The notes beneath the pieces were generated by a model. That model ran no database searches. It worked only from the letters and a program-made list of their open reading frames with translations, and was not told where the DNA came from. A stretch of DNA of 64,000 nucleotides from Octopus vulgaris (taxonomy: Eukaryota), in contig OX597825.1 of assembly GCA_951406725.2 (NCBI GenBank), positions 36,890,001 through 36,954,000 on the forward strand, in the 5' to 3' direction. Positions 12,149 through 25,926 of this stretch are shown here, piece after piece. The stretch's first letter is position 1. Each line of letters opens with the position of its first letter. A program made the translations under genes and the position numbers.

Positions 12149-12892
12149 TATGAAAATCACATCAAATTCCTTCTGGAGCCCTAAGATATATGCATATGTG
12201 TGTGTGTTTGTATATACATAAATAGAAATATTCTTGCATCCAGATTTTCCAACCCATACCAGCATGGGAATCACGCATTGGACAATGATGATGATGATGA
12301 TGATGATAAGTTCAAACGATTTTTTGAAAAATAACTTTCATTATTCCTCATCAAAACAGACCCCCTCCTTATAGTAACCACCTGGTCTTGTCATTTTTAC
12401 AGACTAAGAATCAACTTGCCATCTTCTATTAAAAGAACTGACCTACTGTATTGATATAAACACATTTTTTCTTCTTTCTTTCTTTCTTCCTTTCTTTCCT
12501 TCTCTTTTCCATTGACATTAAGAAAAAAACACACTTTTTCACTTTGAAAACATTTTTCTTTCAGACCCCCCCTGGTAAGCTGGCTGAACCAAAGTAAGCA
12601 TCTGTTCTAGCCACCTACTTAAAATATATATTCTTTTCCTTTTCTCTTTGTCTCTTGTTCAAAACGCTTCCTTTCACATACACAGGCACACACACACAAG
12701 CACGCATACACACACACACAAGCACGCATACACACACACACACACACACTAGCACATACTCTCTCTCTCACTTTCTTCCTCATTCCTCTCCCTCTTTTCC
12801 AACCCTATACACTCCACATTATTTTTCCCCCTCTCTCTCCCCATCCCATCCCATTCACTAATACTATAAAAAGAAACAAATCCTTTCACAAA

Positions 12893-12944
12893 ATTTAAAT
12901 CTGAAGAATCTATTAGAGTAGATGAAAGCGCTCATATGTGATTT
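12893..12944 (+). ncRNA. Minimal type I hammerhead ribozyme in the putative 3' pseudo-LTR of the Penelope element
   Basis: CTGAAGA(12901)-atcta ttagag tagat-GAAA-gcgc-TC; palindromic tetraloop III; stem I imperfect; AATAAA at ~12965. Confidence 0.75.
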
Positions 12945-13022
12945 ATAAAAACCTGTGACATGTTAATAAATATTTGTATATGTACAATCATCCAGATCTC
13001 TGAATACCTTATTTTTTTCTAA

Positions 13023-13105
<83 letters not shown>

Positions 13106-13571
13106 ATATGTATACGCGCGCGAGCACATACTCATTATCAACCACATATACTAACGGTAGACTGCGATTTGGCGTGGTAGAGAATACTTTCTCTAAGCGC
13201 TGAAAGTTATGGACAGCAGAGATAACTCCTGCTGAAATGATTAATTTCCGATTCTGTTCGCGTACGTGATGTCGATAAGCCACAAAAAATGGAGAAAATA
13301 TCCATCACTCCTAGATGGTATCAGAAGTGAAGTGTCTCGCCTGTCCTAACTTTCATGTTTTTTAACTCCCAGTACTCCCAGAGAGTATTCTCCATCACTC
13401 CAAGTCACAGCATACCGGCAAGTACACGTTTTTCTGTCCTTAAATATATATGGTTGATAATATTTATTATAATTTCATATTTCAACACACACACATTCGT
13501 ACTCACAAACACACACACACAGACACACACACAGACACACACAGACACTCACACACACACGCACACACACA

Positions 13572-13636
<65 letters not shown>

Positions 13637-13777
13637 CAAGGAATGCGACCAGAAAAATTAGATGGTGTTCTTTTGGTTAGTGAATTATAAGTTGGAATTT
13701 CATTAATTTCGGATAACCTTGATAACGTTTTATTAACAAATATTTTTTGAGAATATTAATATTAATTCTAATTATAC

Positions 13778-13829
<52 letters not shown>

Positions 13830-13916
13830 CTCTAAACATGAACAAAGAGAAAACACAACAACGCGAGGAGGTGGAACAAGTATAGTGTTATTGGATGCTC
13901 AGGAAAGGAAAGAAGG

Positions 13917-13954
13917 GGGATTTAACGTTTCGAGCGCTGCTCTTCATCAGAATC
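13917..13954 (-). ncRNA. Minimal hammerhead ribozyme variant (extra A after CUGAUGA; AACGTT palindrome)
   Basis: Minus strand: gatt-CTGATGA-a-gagc agc gctc-GAAA-cgt-TA-aatc; stems I and II pair. Confidence 0.78.
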
Positions 13955-14057
13955 ATAGAAAAAGGAAAGGTCTAAAAAGGGAAGCTGGAGAATGAAAATC
14001 GCGAACGATACACACGCGGTCACATATTGAACACACAGACACACACACACACACACA

Positions 14058-14099
<42 letters not shown>

Positions 14100-14219
14100 A
14101 GGGACCGATAGAATAAATACTAGGCTTACAAAGAATAAGTCCTGGGATCGATTTGTTCAACTAAAGGCGGCACTCCAGCTTGGCCGCAGCAAATGACTGA
14201 AGCAAGTAAAAGAAAAAGA

Positions 14220-14220
<1 letters not shown>
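14100..14220 (+). mobile_element. 3' part of SINE family A
   Basis: accgatagaataa.tactaggcttacaaagaataagtcctggg...atgactgaagcaagtaaaaga. Confidence 0.8.
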
Positions 14221-14250
<30 letters not shown>

Positions 14251-14263
14251 TACATACATATAC

Positions 14264-14299
<36 letters not shown>

Positions 14300-16649
14300 T
14301 ATATATATATTGTGTGTATATATGTATATGTGCATGTAAAACCTTTTGTTTGTATCATTGTATCGAATAGTGTATACGTGTAATCGTATGCCTCTGTGCC
14401 ATCTTATAAGGATGTAAATACGTTTGTGATTGGATTCAACATTCATCACTTTTGTTGGTGATTTTTCTCCATCTTTGAAGCAGGTGTTAGGCTTTCACGA
14501 AGACAGACGATTAGATTTTCAAAACTATGTTTTGTTCTCTAAGCCTTTCCTGGGAAATGATTAGGTTAATGTTTCTAAAATGATGCATGCAAGTGGTGGC
14601 TAGATGATTTTTGGATTTTTAGATATGTAAATTAAGGTTTTAGAGAATCTATAGCCACTCTTGAGCAGCTAAAGACGTGTTAAAGATATTAGAAATAATT
14701 TTGTTACCATAAGTATTGTTAAGAAAATAAATGTAAGTAATAGTTTTATACATATTTTTTTAAACTTAAACTTTAAAATATAGTTTCTTTAAATATCTTG
14801 CGATGTGCGTCAGTAATGTTTTGAACTCCGGTTACTTACGACATCAAAAGAATGAGAGCTATGGGTCTAAGGGTATTAGCATTGTGTCTTTAACCAACAG
14901 CTTTGATAGCGTGAATATATCTGGCTTTTATAGCGTTTCCATACACTTGAAATGTTGTATACATTCAATAGGAGCTATTTAGTCCGAGACTAAACAACAA
15001 AAATAGTATAGTTAATGAATTATCAGATATTTTATAGTTGATTAATCGGATTTGGACAATTCCTGTGACATTTGCAAGGCTCTTGTGATGTATAAGATCG
15101 ATGCAATATCTTTGAAAGTTTTTAAGTTGATGAAGGTAGGTAAATCGTATGAAAGAAAGGGATTTCAGAATAGAGTAGTTATAAGTAAAACGGATTGAGA
15201 ATTTGTTTACTTCAGGATCTAAATGGGTAAGATCAATAGGAAAATGGTGGTCAAATATCAAAGTGCTTCAAGTAAGCGTGAAAAGAATTGGTACTCACCT
15301 TTCTAATACAGATGAAAAGAATCAATTAAAATTAGGTAGAAAAATCAGTACATTTAACTGCGTATCCGTGTTTCTTTGGTCGTTGTTTAACCCAAGGTCG
15401 GTTCTGTGAGCATTCCACTTTTTGCATTTATAGGAAATCCCAATACCACATTATCTAATGTTTCATTTTCTAAGGTGGCTTGGTTTCATTTGAAAGAGGC
15501 TTGCCTGTTCGAACAACCACGTAGAAGTTCTCATTGGCTCATGCGCTAGGTAGAGTTGTGTGTTGCTCAGGGAGCTATCACTAATCAGCCGTGACATCCT
15601 CATTGAGAACAGCTAAGAGTTACTGTTGACTAAACATCAACTACAGGTTCGGCTATCTAAGGACCTGTGAGCTATTTAAGACGAGCAACTAGACAAAGGC
15701 TTTCTCATTAGCTCATGCCCTAGATTCTGTGTTCTTGAGGGATCTATTTCTAATCAAATGAATAACAATTTTTCTTGATGCAATCCGAAATCTTTCAAGT
15801 GAACAGTTCTGAATTTGAATTTTGTACCGAGTCGAACAAATACAACAGTGAAAGATTAACAATATGCTCTTCTGTAGAATTAGGGAATTTATAACAGTGG
15901 CAGCAGAATTAGTAACCAAAGTTAATGGTATTATAAAACACATGGCTCCAAAGGATTGCTATCATGACCAAAAGGCTTGCAAAAGCATTTGGACCAAGTT
16001 TCCTGCCTGAGGATAACTTTCGCATCCTGCCTTTTACCGATCCCAGCCCTACATCAGGATATAAAAACATTCATGGGTGCTGCCCTTCTCCGCATGACCA
16101 AGTTAAAAAAAAAGAAAAAAAAACAACAACAAAAATACAAAAACAAACAAACAAAAAATCCTTGTGGTTTTGTAGCTTTAAGCAAATGAATAATTAATCT
16201 TCCTTTTGATAGAAAGCTTTATCTACAGAAAAAAACCACGAACTCAGCACTGCTAGTGGACGAAACAGAAAGAAAAGCTCGGATACAACAACCTGAATAA
16301 GGAACGATCTAACGATCTTTCAGTTGATTATTTGCTTAATTACCAAACCAGCCGTTCTGGCTCCCCCTTGCTCTCTTCAGAAATAGCACTTGATAGCAGT
16401 TTATTGATAACGGAAATAGCAAAGTAATATTTGACAGTAGTCTATAAACAAGCATGCGTAAGTTTACATATTTAGTGCGAATTAATTAAGTGTTGGCATG
16501 CAATGCTGGAAAAGCTGTCGTTTTTGGCACGATACTGACTAAAGGTTACCAATACTATGCGTTATTCTATACATTAAAATACATTTCCAATATCTACTTT
16601 TTCACCCTGCTCAAAGAAGGTGGAACGTTTTACTCAGAAAATATATAAC

Positions 16650-16900
16650 GTATGTATGTATGCATGCATGTATGTATGTATGTATGTATGTATGTATGTA
16701 TGTATGTATGTATGTATGTATGTATGTATGTATGTATGTATGTATGTATTTATGTATGTATGTATGTATGTATGTACGTATGTATGTATGTATGTATGTA
16801 TGTATGTATGTATGTATGTATGTATGTATGTATGTACGTACGTATGTATGTACGTATGTATGTATGTATGTATGTATGTATGTATGTGTGTGTATATATG

Positions 16901-16934
<34 letters not shown>

Positions 16935-17005
16935 TGTATGTATGTATGTATGTATGTATGTATGTATGTATGTGTATGTGTGTGTGTGTGTGTGTGCATG
17001 TATGT
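16650..17005. repeat. Long (TATG)n microsatellite
   Basis: Direct reading. Confidence 0.97.
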
Positions 17006-18019
17006 AAGTGCATATATTTCATACAGTGAAATAAGAAACACAAATAAAACAGAATTAAAAAGTTATTTCTTTTCACCAAAATATACATACAAGACGTGGC
17101 ACCTTTCTCACCCGTACATTCACCCTTTCTGTTTCTTTCTTCCTTTCTTTATCTGACTGTATCTGTTTGTCTGTGTGTCTGCCTGCCTATCTGTCTGTCT
17201 ATGTGGGTATATATATTTAGCTTGGTGTGTGTGTGTGTGTGTGTGTTTGTGCGTGTGTTTATGTGTGTGTATTTAAATGTAAATATATAAATACATAGGC
17301 ATATACATACTCATTATGAGTTTTAATAGTTTTCTCTGTTTGCATACGTTTGTATACGTATATGCATAATACATTTGTGTACACACTCTTGCCTATTTAT
17401 ATGTTTATCATTATAATATTACTCTCATATAAATAAATATAACTCAAGAAAATTACTTGATAAATACAGAAAAAACAAACAAAGAAAACCCAGAAAGCTA
17501 AAGAAACAGAAAGATAGGAAGAATTAAAGAAGCAAAAAAAAAAGAGGTAAAATAAGTGAGAAAGATATGATCGGAAGAAAGCATAACATTAAAAAGAAGG
17601 CAAGAACAGCAAAAAAATAAGAAAGCGGGCCAACATTACCAAAATGAAATAAAACAGGAGAGAAAAAGTAGAAACTTGGTGAAGAAAATATAAACATATA
17701 GAAATAAAGAACCTACAATTACAACAATAATAAATAAACGAAACAAAAATATTAAGCGAATGATTCGAATGCAAACAGCAGATAAGAGCAGGTTATAGCT
17801 ACGTTGTTAAAAAAGTTTACTTCGCCAACACTTGCTTTCCCATTAGATCCCACTGCGTCACACTTTGGGGAAAGTGTCTTCTATCTTAGCCTCCAGTTGT
17901 GTATTCGCGCGTGCGCGGGCAACGTGCTTGTGTGTGTGAGCATTCAGAAGAGAATTTGGTGGACGGAATCTTAACATTTGTATGGAAGCCTGTCATGTGT
18001 GCGTACATGCGCGCGCGTG

Positions 18020-18102
<83 letters not shown>

Positions 18103-18115
18103 TTATCTACCTAGG

Positions 18116-18208
18116 TTGTTGTATCTTGGGAGGACCACTTTGCTAATAAGAAGCACACGCGTTGCATGTGTGTTAGTTATTGACGTCATGAGTCTCCCAA
18201 GATAAAAC
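18116..18208. mobile_element. Short MITE-like fold-back element (TIR family B)
   Basis: ttgttgtatcttgggag...cacacgc and gtgtgt...ctcccaagataaaac are imperfect inverted repeats; related to 896-953, 42465-42699 and 49269-49636. Confidence 0.6.
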
Positions 18209-18249
18209 TTTTGTTTTTACATCAAGAATATTGTATCTATATGTATGCA

Positions 18250-18410
18250 GGCAGGGCTGTGTGGTAAGACGTTTGCTTCTCAGCCACATGTTTCCAGGTT
18301 CAGTCTCACTGCGTGGCACCTTGGGCAAGTGTCTTCTTCTATAGCCTCGGCCGGCTAAAGCCTTGCGAGTGGATTTAGTAGACGGACACTGAAAGAAGCC
18401 CGTCGTATAC
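18250..18410 (+). mobile_element. 5' half of tRNA-derived SINE family A
   Basis: ggctgtgtggtaag (A-box-like), ggttcagtc (B-box-like), ccttgggcaagtgtctt. Confidence 0.85.
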
Positions 18411-18516
18411 ATATATATATATATATTGGCCGAAATCAGATCGCCATGTTGATTCGTTAGTTACTGCACGCATTTTTTTTCTCTCCTTCTTTCTGTGTTT
18501 TTTTTCTCTCTGTGTA

Positions 18517-18555
18517 TCTTTCTGTTGAAGAGCGTAGGCTCGAAACGTTAAAGAC
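18517..18555 (+). ncRNA. Degenerate minimal hammerhead motif (CTGTTGA core), same type as 13917-13954, within a ~220-bp solo repeat (~18430-18655)
   Basis: tcttt-CTGTTGA-a-gagc gtag gctc-GAAA-cgt-TA-aaga. Confidence 0.62.
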
Positions 18556-18652
18556 TTGTTTTATTTATATTTCCTGAGCGCCATACTAATACAATTGTTT
18601 GTTTGTTTCCCACCTGCCTTCGTCTTTTGTCTATTTTCATAAAGCTTCCCGT

Positions 18653-18695
<43 letters not shown>

Positions 18696-18814
18696 ATGAG
18701 TTTGTTCCCCCACCGATGTTGGTGTGTTTACGTCCCCGAAACTTAGCGGTTCGGCAAAAAACCAATAGAATAAGTACTAGGCTTACAAAGAATAAGTCCT
18801 GGGGTCGAAAATCA

Positions 18815-19240
18815 AATTCTTTTATTTGTTTCAGTCATTTGACTGCGGCCATGCTGGAGCAACGCTTTCAGTCGAGCAAATTGACCGCAGGACTTACTCT
18901 TTGTAAGCCTAGTACATATTCTATCGGTATCTTTTGCCGAACCGCTAGTTTCTGGAGACGTAAACACACCAGCAGCTGTTAAGCGATGTTGTGGAGACAT
19001 AGACACACAAACATACACAGACACACAGACACACAGATACAGACACACACACACACACACACACATACACACATATATATATCTACGACAGCTTCTTTCA
19101 GTTTCCGTCTACCACATCCATTCACAAAGATTTGGTTGGCCAGTGGCTATAGTAGAAGACATTTGCCCAAGGTGCCACGCAGTGGTACTGAACCCGGAAC
19201 CATGTGGTTGGTAAGCAAGCTACTTACCATACAGCCAGTA
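18815..19240 (-). mobile_element. Full-length SINE family A with internal (CA)n tract
   Basis: Both halves co-linear with copies at 29086-29518 and 31960-32372. Confidence 0.88.
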
Positions 19241-19464
19241 TCAATGTGTGTGTTTTTCCCCCTTCACCGCTTGACAACCGGTGTTAGTGTGATTACGTCC
19301 TTGTAACCTAGCGGTTCGGCAAACAGACCAATAAAGTAAGTATCTGGTTTTCAAAAATAAGTGGTGGGGCCGATTCATTCGCCTAAAACTCTTCAAGGTG
19401 ATGCTCCAGCATGGCTGCAGTGACATGACTAAAACAGGTAAAAGAATGAGAGAATATACATACG

Positions 19465-19500
<36 letters not shown>

Positions 19501-19564
19501 TATATAGGTATGTATGTATAGGTATGTACATTTATATATGTATGTGTGTGTACAAACGAATTAC

Positions 19565-19600
<36 letters not shown>

Positions 19601-19786
19601 AGTATATATGGGTACAGGATGTCACAAAAGGTAAACAGTATGAAATACGAAAATACAAAAGCATGGAATACGAAGACAAACTTTTGTATGCGAAAAACGA
19701 AAGAAACAAATGGAAAACAAGACAACCAATATAAAGAACGACCCTTCGTCAGTTGTCGTCTCTGTATGTACTCCACATTTCGAGCA

Positions 19787-19860
<74 letters not shown>

Positions 19861-20013
19861 AGAGAGAATGTGAGAGAGAATCCATCAATACTTCGTTGTA
19901 TACACCCACCCATCCACAGCTATACATATAAAGGTATATATATATGTAAAAATTAAAAAGATATATACATGTATATATATGTGTCTGTGTGTGTGTATAT
20001 ATATATGTATGTA

Positions 20014-20087
<74 letters not shown>

Positions 20088-20091
20088 CATA

Positions 20092-20378
20092 TGGCCTAGT
20101 GGTTATGGCAGCGGACTCGCGGTCGCAGGATCGCGGTTTCGATTCCCAGACCGGGCGTTGTGAGAGTTTATTGAGCGAAAACACCTAAAAGCTCCACGAG
20201 GCTCCGACAGGGGGTGGTGATCCCTGCTGTACTCTTTCACCACTCTTTCTCCCACTCTTTCTTCTGTTGGCCTGCTCGCTTATCCAGTGGGGTGGCGTCA
20301 TTCGAAGGCTAAAACAATGCGAACGCATTGTGACCAGCGATGTGTAACGACATCTGATGGTCTGGTCGGTCACGTGGT

Positions 20379-20385
<7 letters not shown>
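20092..20385 (+). mobile_element. tRNA-derived SINE family C (GC-rich) between microsatellites
   Basis: tggcctagtggtta (A box) ... ggtttcgattcccag (B box), then an unrelated body ending gtcacgtggtcacgtg. Confidence 0.8.
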
Positions 20386-20422
<37 letters not shown>

Positions 20423-20659
20423 CTTTATATCTTTACACACATCTTTAGTAAAGCACTGAATCAATTACAGATTACATTAATTACAGCTGTTAATTACAAT
20501 CTGTTAATTACAGATTGTCTGATAATGATGTTAATTCACTTTCACTCTATGAATATTGAGACAATAATGGAGAAGAAAGTTTATTCCAAAGAATTCTCGA
20601 ATCGTTCATGATGCGTTTTATTTTATCCATTAATGCATCCATCCATCCATCGAATTATA

Positions 20660-20782
20660 CTTTTCTATTGAAAGCACAAGGCCATGAAATTTTGTGGGAG
20701 GGGACAATCGATTTCGACGCCCCCAGTGTTTCGCTGGTACTTAATTTATCGACTCCGAAAGGATGAAAGGCAAAGTCGCCCC
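20660..20782 (-). mobile_element. Fragment of SINE family D (Nin/Deu-like central domain)
   Basis: Minus strand gactttgcctttcatcctttcggagtcgataaattaagtaccag; also at ~22200-22327, 46755-46985, 57390-57545. Confidence 0.75.
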
Positions 20783-21037
20783 CATTCATCGAATTATTGT
20801 GACGATGATTGTCTCCTTCGGGTTTTCTTCTTATCAGCGTTTCCTGTTTAAACTTTATCTGCTCAAAAGTCAACTGACAAATAGTCTAGTTTTCAGCGCT
20901 TAATAAATGGCGAAATAGATTATTATTTCGACCAGGATTTGCTATATTTTTATAATAGCATTATTTTTACTCTTTTAGCTGATTATGTGCTTTTCTACTT
21001 GTTGAAGTATTAGCATATAGCACACACACACACACAC

Positions 21038-21069
<32 letters not shown>

Positions 21070-21364
21070 TGTATGTATGTATGTATGTATGTATGTATGT
21101 ATGTATGTATGTATGTGTGTGTGTGCTTGTGTGAGTCTTTGTGTATGTTTTTGTCCTCTGCTATCGCTTGATAACCGGTATTGGTGTGTTTACGTCCTCA
21201 TAACCTAGCAGTTCGACAAAAGGATTCCTATAGAATAAGTACCAGACTTTACAAACTAATACCAATAATACGCACTGAGATCGATTCGTTCAACTAAAAT
21301 TCCTTAACGTGGTGCCCCAGCATGGCCGCAGCCTAATGATTGAAACGACTAAAAATAAAATATG

Positions 21365-21490
21365 AAAGACATATCTATAGTGTCGGAACTGCGACCTCTC
21401 AATGCGGAGAAGAATCATCTCGCCCCGGAGAGTCTCCCTGAACTCCGAGTTACGCAGTCTGCCGAGTAACTCATCCATGTGAAATGTCCA
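21365..21490 (-). pseudogene. RTE-clade LINE C-terminal fragment
   Basis: LRNSEFRETL..EMILLRIERSQFRHYRYV resembles the RTE ...IERSQLRWFGHV region. Confidence 0.55.
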
Positions 21491-22542
21491 TTTACATAGG
21501 GAAATGCATACATTTGAGATTCTGTATGTATGTGTGTGTGTTTATATATGTCTATGTGTGTTTATGTATGTGTGTGTGTGTTTGTATGCTTGTATGTTTG
21601 TATGTATGTATATATGTATGTATGCATGCATGCGTGCAGTGTGTATGTATGTATGTACGCATGCATGCATATATTTATGTGTGTGCGTGCGTGCAAGTGT
21701 GTGTGTGCGTGTGTGTGTGTGTATGTGTGTGTATGTATGTATGTATGTATGTATGTGTGTGTGTATGTTTGTATGTATGTACGTATGCATGTATGTTTAT
21801 GTATGTGTGTGTGTTTGTACGTTTCTATGTATGTACGTATGCATGTGTGTTTATGTATGTGTGTGTGTTTGTATGTTTGTATGTATATATGTACGCATGT
21901 ATGTATATGTGTATGTGTGCGTGTGCGTGCGAGTGTGCGTGCGTGTATGTGTGCGTGCATATGTGTGTGTGTCCTTGTGTTTGTCGCCTCCCACCACCAA
22001 TTGACAACAGGTGTTGGTTAGTTTGCGGTTTCAGCAAAAGAGACTGGTAGAATAAGTATCAGAAGTGAAAACAAAATATGAACCGAGATAGATTTGTTCG
22101 ACTAAATCCTTGAAGGCGGTGCCCCAGCATAGCCGCAGTTCAGTGACTGGAACAAGCTAAAGAATAAATAAATGTCTACATCGAAACAATATTGATTTCT
22201 TTATTGCCCACAAGGGGCTAAACATAGAGGGGACAAAGAAGGGCAGAGAAAAGGATTAAGTCGATTGTATCGACTCCAGTGCATAACTGGTACTTATTTA
22301 ATCGACCTCGAAAGGATGAAAGGCAAACAGTACAGTATGTCGTTTCCAAATTTCTAGCAGAGTGAATTGCGTCATGGTGCTGTTTTTCTCACAGACGGTG
22401 CCCAACTGATCCTACTCTAATGCGTAGTCGACAAAATCAAAAACAAAATGCGCGAAATTAACAAATATAAAATGGCGACAATTTACCCATCGCCCCCAGT
22501 ACATACATACATACATACAAGCATGCATACATCTGTGTGTGT

Positions 22543-22579
<37 letters not shown>

Positions 22580-23163
22580 GTTCTTTGTGCCTGTACCCAC
22601 CATCGTTTGACAACCAACGTTGGTGAGTTTTCGCCCCTAGAACTAAGGGGTTCGGCTTAAATGACCGATAGATTAAGTACTGGGATCAACTCGCTCGACT
22701 AAAATTCTTCAAGACGATGCCCCAGCATAACCGTCGTTCAATGACTGTAACAAGTAAAAGAATAGAGCTGCTAAGCATTTTGTCCGACACGCTAACGTTT
22801 CAGCCAGCGCACCGCCTTTACCATATAATGTCAATGTCACACAACGTTTGTGAATAGAACCTGCGCTGCGGCGTTGTTATTACAGAGTGAAATACTGAAT
22901 TACTCGACGAGCTAGAAGTAACAGCCAAATCTCTCTTTCTCCCCTCTCTCTTTCTCTCTCCTCTGTCTCTCTCAGAAATCAAAATCTACCACTTAAAAAG
23001 TGAACACATTTAATAATGTGATCGTGGATTCACAGCACACATGAGCAAGAAACTGTATTGTAACTGCTTGTATTGCTTTGATCATAAGGATACTCAAGGT
23101 AGGTTGAACTGAGATTAAACATCATCATCATCATCATCGTCGTCTTCGATGTCGTCGTCGTCG

Positions 23164-23234
<71 letters not shown>

Positions 23235-23646
23235 TTCACCAATTTTCTAATTTAACATTCTCTATATATTTTCCAGAAGTTGTTCAGAGGCCCTTTGAGA
23301 TTTTCATCCAACTTACATATATAGTGCAAATTATATAAATTTTTCCTGAAAAATGTAGCTGTCTTAAAAACTGACAGTAATTTCTATATTCTACACTAAT
23401 TACACAAATGTTCTCTCTCAATCAAAATAAGCAACAAGATATCGAGTAGTAATGCAGTACGACCGTTTCAAGCGGGTCCATTTAATTGAACAGTGCAATC
23501 ATTACATCAATTTAAATGCAGTGCTACCTTCAGCTGCACAAATAATTAAATGGAACTTTAACAAGTAGGTCACATTAATATAATTTTTCTTAAATATTTT
23601 AACAGATATAAGTACACATACGTATGTATAAGGATACTTGTAAATG

Positions 23647-23687
<41 letters not shown>

Positions 23688-24050
23688 AGAAATTAAATAT
23701 AAAATATAAATTACAAAGTGGGACAAGAACGCAAAAACACACAAAGAGACGACACAAAAAAAAAAAAAACAGACGGGTCACTCGAAGCCTCTAATCTTCA
23801 GTCGGAACCGGATCATCTTAGCAATTTCGGCTGTTTAATCTCGATATCGCCCCGAACCGGCCAGCCCCAAGGAAAAACTAAGCCACAGACATTAGATTTC
23901 TTGGAAAGAGGATCGAATGTATACGAAACAAAGACAGGATGCCACACGAATATAAATACACGAAACAAAAAATAGAAATAAAAAACAACAAGAATGGTCA
24001 GCAGGACAAAAACAGCGGGCGTCTTACGACTTTAGACAATTTAGGCATAT

Positions 24051-24108
<58 letters not shown>

Positions 24109-24606
24109 GCGCACACATGGTAATTACTCCATCTTCCACAGATAATTGTCGTCTTTGTGCTTCCTCGTTGTCAATGATTTGGGTGAGCTGTGCTCTCTCT
24201 AAAGGAAAAATAAAACGGCTCGCTCAGTCACAATCTCGACAAGAGTTGGCCGTACAACAGGAAAACCCCACAATAATGTTAGGGTAAGATTCTTATATGC
24301 AGATTTGTATTTGTGTACTTGCAGCTAATTAGGTATACACACATCGCTATACTTACATCACCATAGGATTTTCAGCAAATGAAATGACAAATGAGGGCAT
24401 CATACAGTGACATCTGTACGTCATTGGATTATAATGATAAACGCTTGCACAACACAAATACTACTCTCTGAGTTTCCGTGATTTATACGTAGTGACAGAT
24501 CGAAGCGAGATGATTACTAGTCACGTGAAACTTAAGGTTTTAGATAAGTCTCTTTCTTAGAAGGATGCTGTAACAACAGCTAAGGTTCTTTCACTCCCAG
24601 TGGTTT

Positions 24607-24607
<1 letters not shown>

Positions 24608-24694
<87 letters not shown>

Positions 24695-24774
24695 ATTATC
24701 TACCTACCTACCTACCTACCTACCTACCTACCTACCTACCTACCTACCTACCTACCTACCTACCTATCTAACTC

Positions 24775-24847
<73 letters not shown>

Positions 24848-24965
24848 GTGTCTGTCTGTCCGTCCGTCTGTTTTTCCGTCTGTCCGTTTGTCCGTCCGTC
24901 TGTTTATCTGTCGTTCCGTCCCTCCGTCCGTCCGTCCGTCCACCCGTCCACCCGTCCACCCGTCC

Positions 24966-25029
<64 letters not shown>

Positions 25030-25030
25030 G

Positions 25031-25087
<57 letters not shown>
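24608..25087. repeat. Compound (TATC)/(TGTC)/(TACC)/(CGTC) tetranucleotide array
   Basis: Direct reading. Confidence 0.95.
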
Positions 25088-25926
25088 AAAGACAATATTC
25101 GTCGTCCTGGATGTAGACGGCAGCAATGGGTGCGCTTTTCGACTCGTATCAGTCTACGCACCGCCCTTAACAAGTCGGGCGGATTTCTTTCAACGTCTAG
25201 AAGTATTCTTGGGAACGTCTCGTCCTTTACTCTTAGTGGGGGATTGGAATGCTACCTTGGACACGCATGTAGACTACGTGGGCAGAGATAGGAATAGACG
25301 GGGATGCAAATGCCTCAGAGACCTGCTCAGACGCTTTCAACTGTCTGACAGGTTCCGACTAGACCACCCGAATGCGCCAACGTGGACATGGAGAAACCGA
25401 ATCGGGTTGTCGAGATCGTATCTAGATAGGATACTGTGTAGGACAGTAGATAGAGATAGCATAGGATGTCCACAATTCCACATAGTCAGCTACACGGATC
25501 ACAAACTTGTGACATGTGCGCTAGACTTAGGTAAGACACATAGGCAGGGTCCCGGATACTGGAAACTAAACGCGTCTTTCCCATCGAGACAGGTTTTCAG
25601 AGACCGGATTAGCACACAAATGGTGGTTTGCCCTCAAGAGAGCAGTAAAAGCAGAAGCGATTAGGTACAGCAAAGCACTAACCATAGATAGAAATAGAGT
25701 AGAGGGTGAGCTAGTTAAGAAGCTAGAAGAGGTAATTAGAAGCGGCATCGCATCCAACGTTTTGGCGGCGAGGTTGGCCCTCGACCAACACTTCAACGCC
25801 AAATACGAAGGGTGTGTTGTCAGAGCTAGGATGCGTGCTCTAAGGAACGAAGGTGTTGGAGCCGCGAGAAAGGCTCGGGTGGCAGAGGCGCAACAGGGCA
25901 ACAAAGCCACCATTCGGTCTCTGGTA
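25088..25926 (+). pseudogene. Tx1 ORF2 apurinic-type endonuclease and linker (frameshifted)
   Basis: LVSVYAP, VGDWNATLD, TWTW, SYLDRIL, TDHKLV, GPGYWKLN. Confidence 0.9.

Noticed and set aside
14450-15420. AT-rich stretch with 68-98 aa ORFs
   Set aside because: No recognisable motifs; probably an old repeat remnant
20092-20155. Functional tRNA gene
   Set aside because: A and B boxes present but no clean cloverleaf; continues into a SINE body
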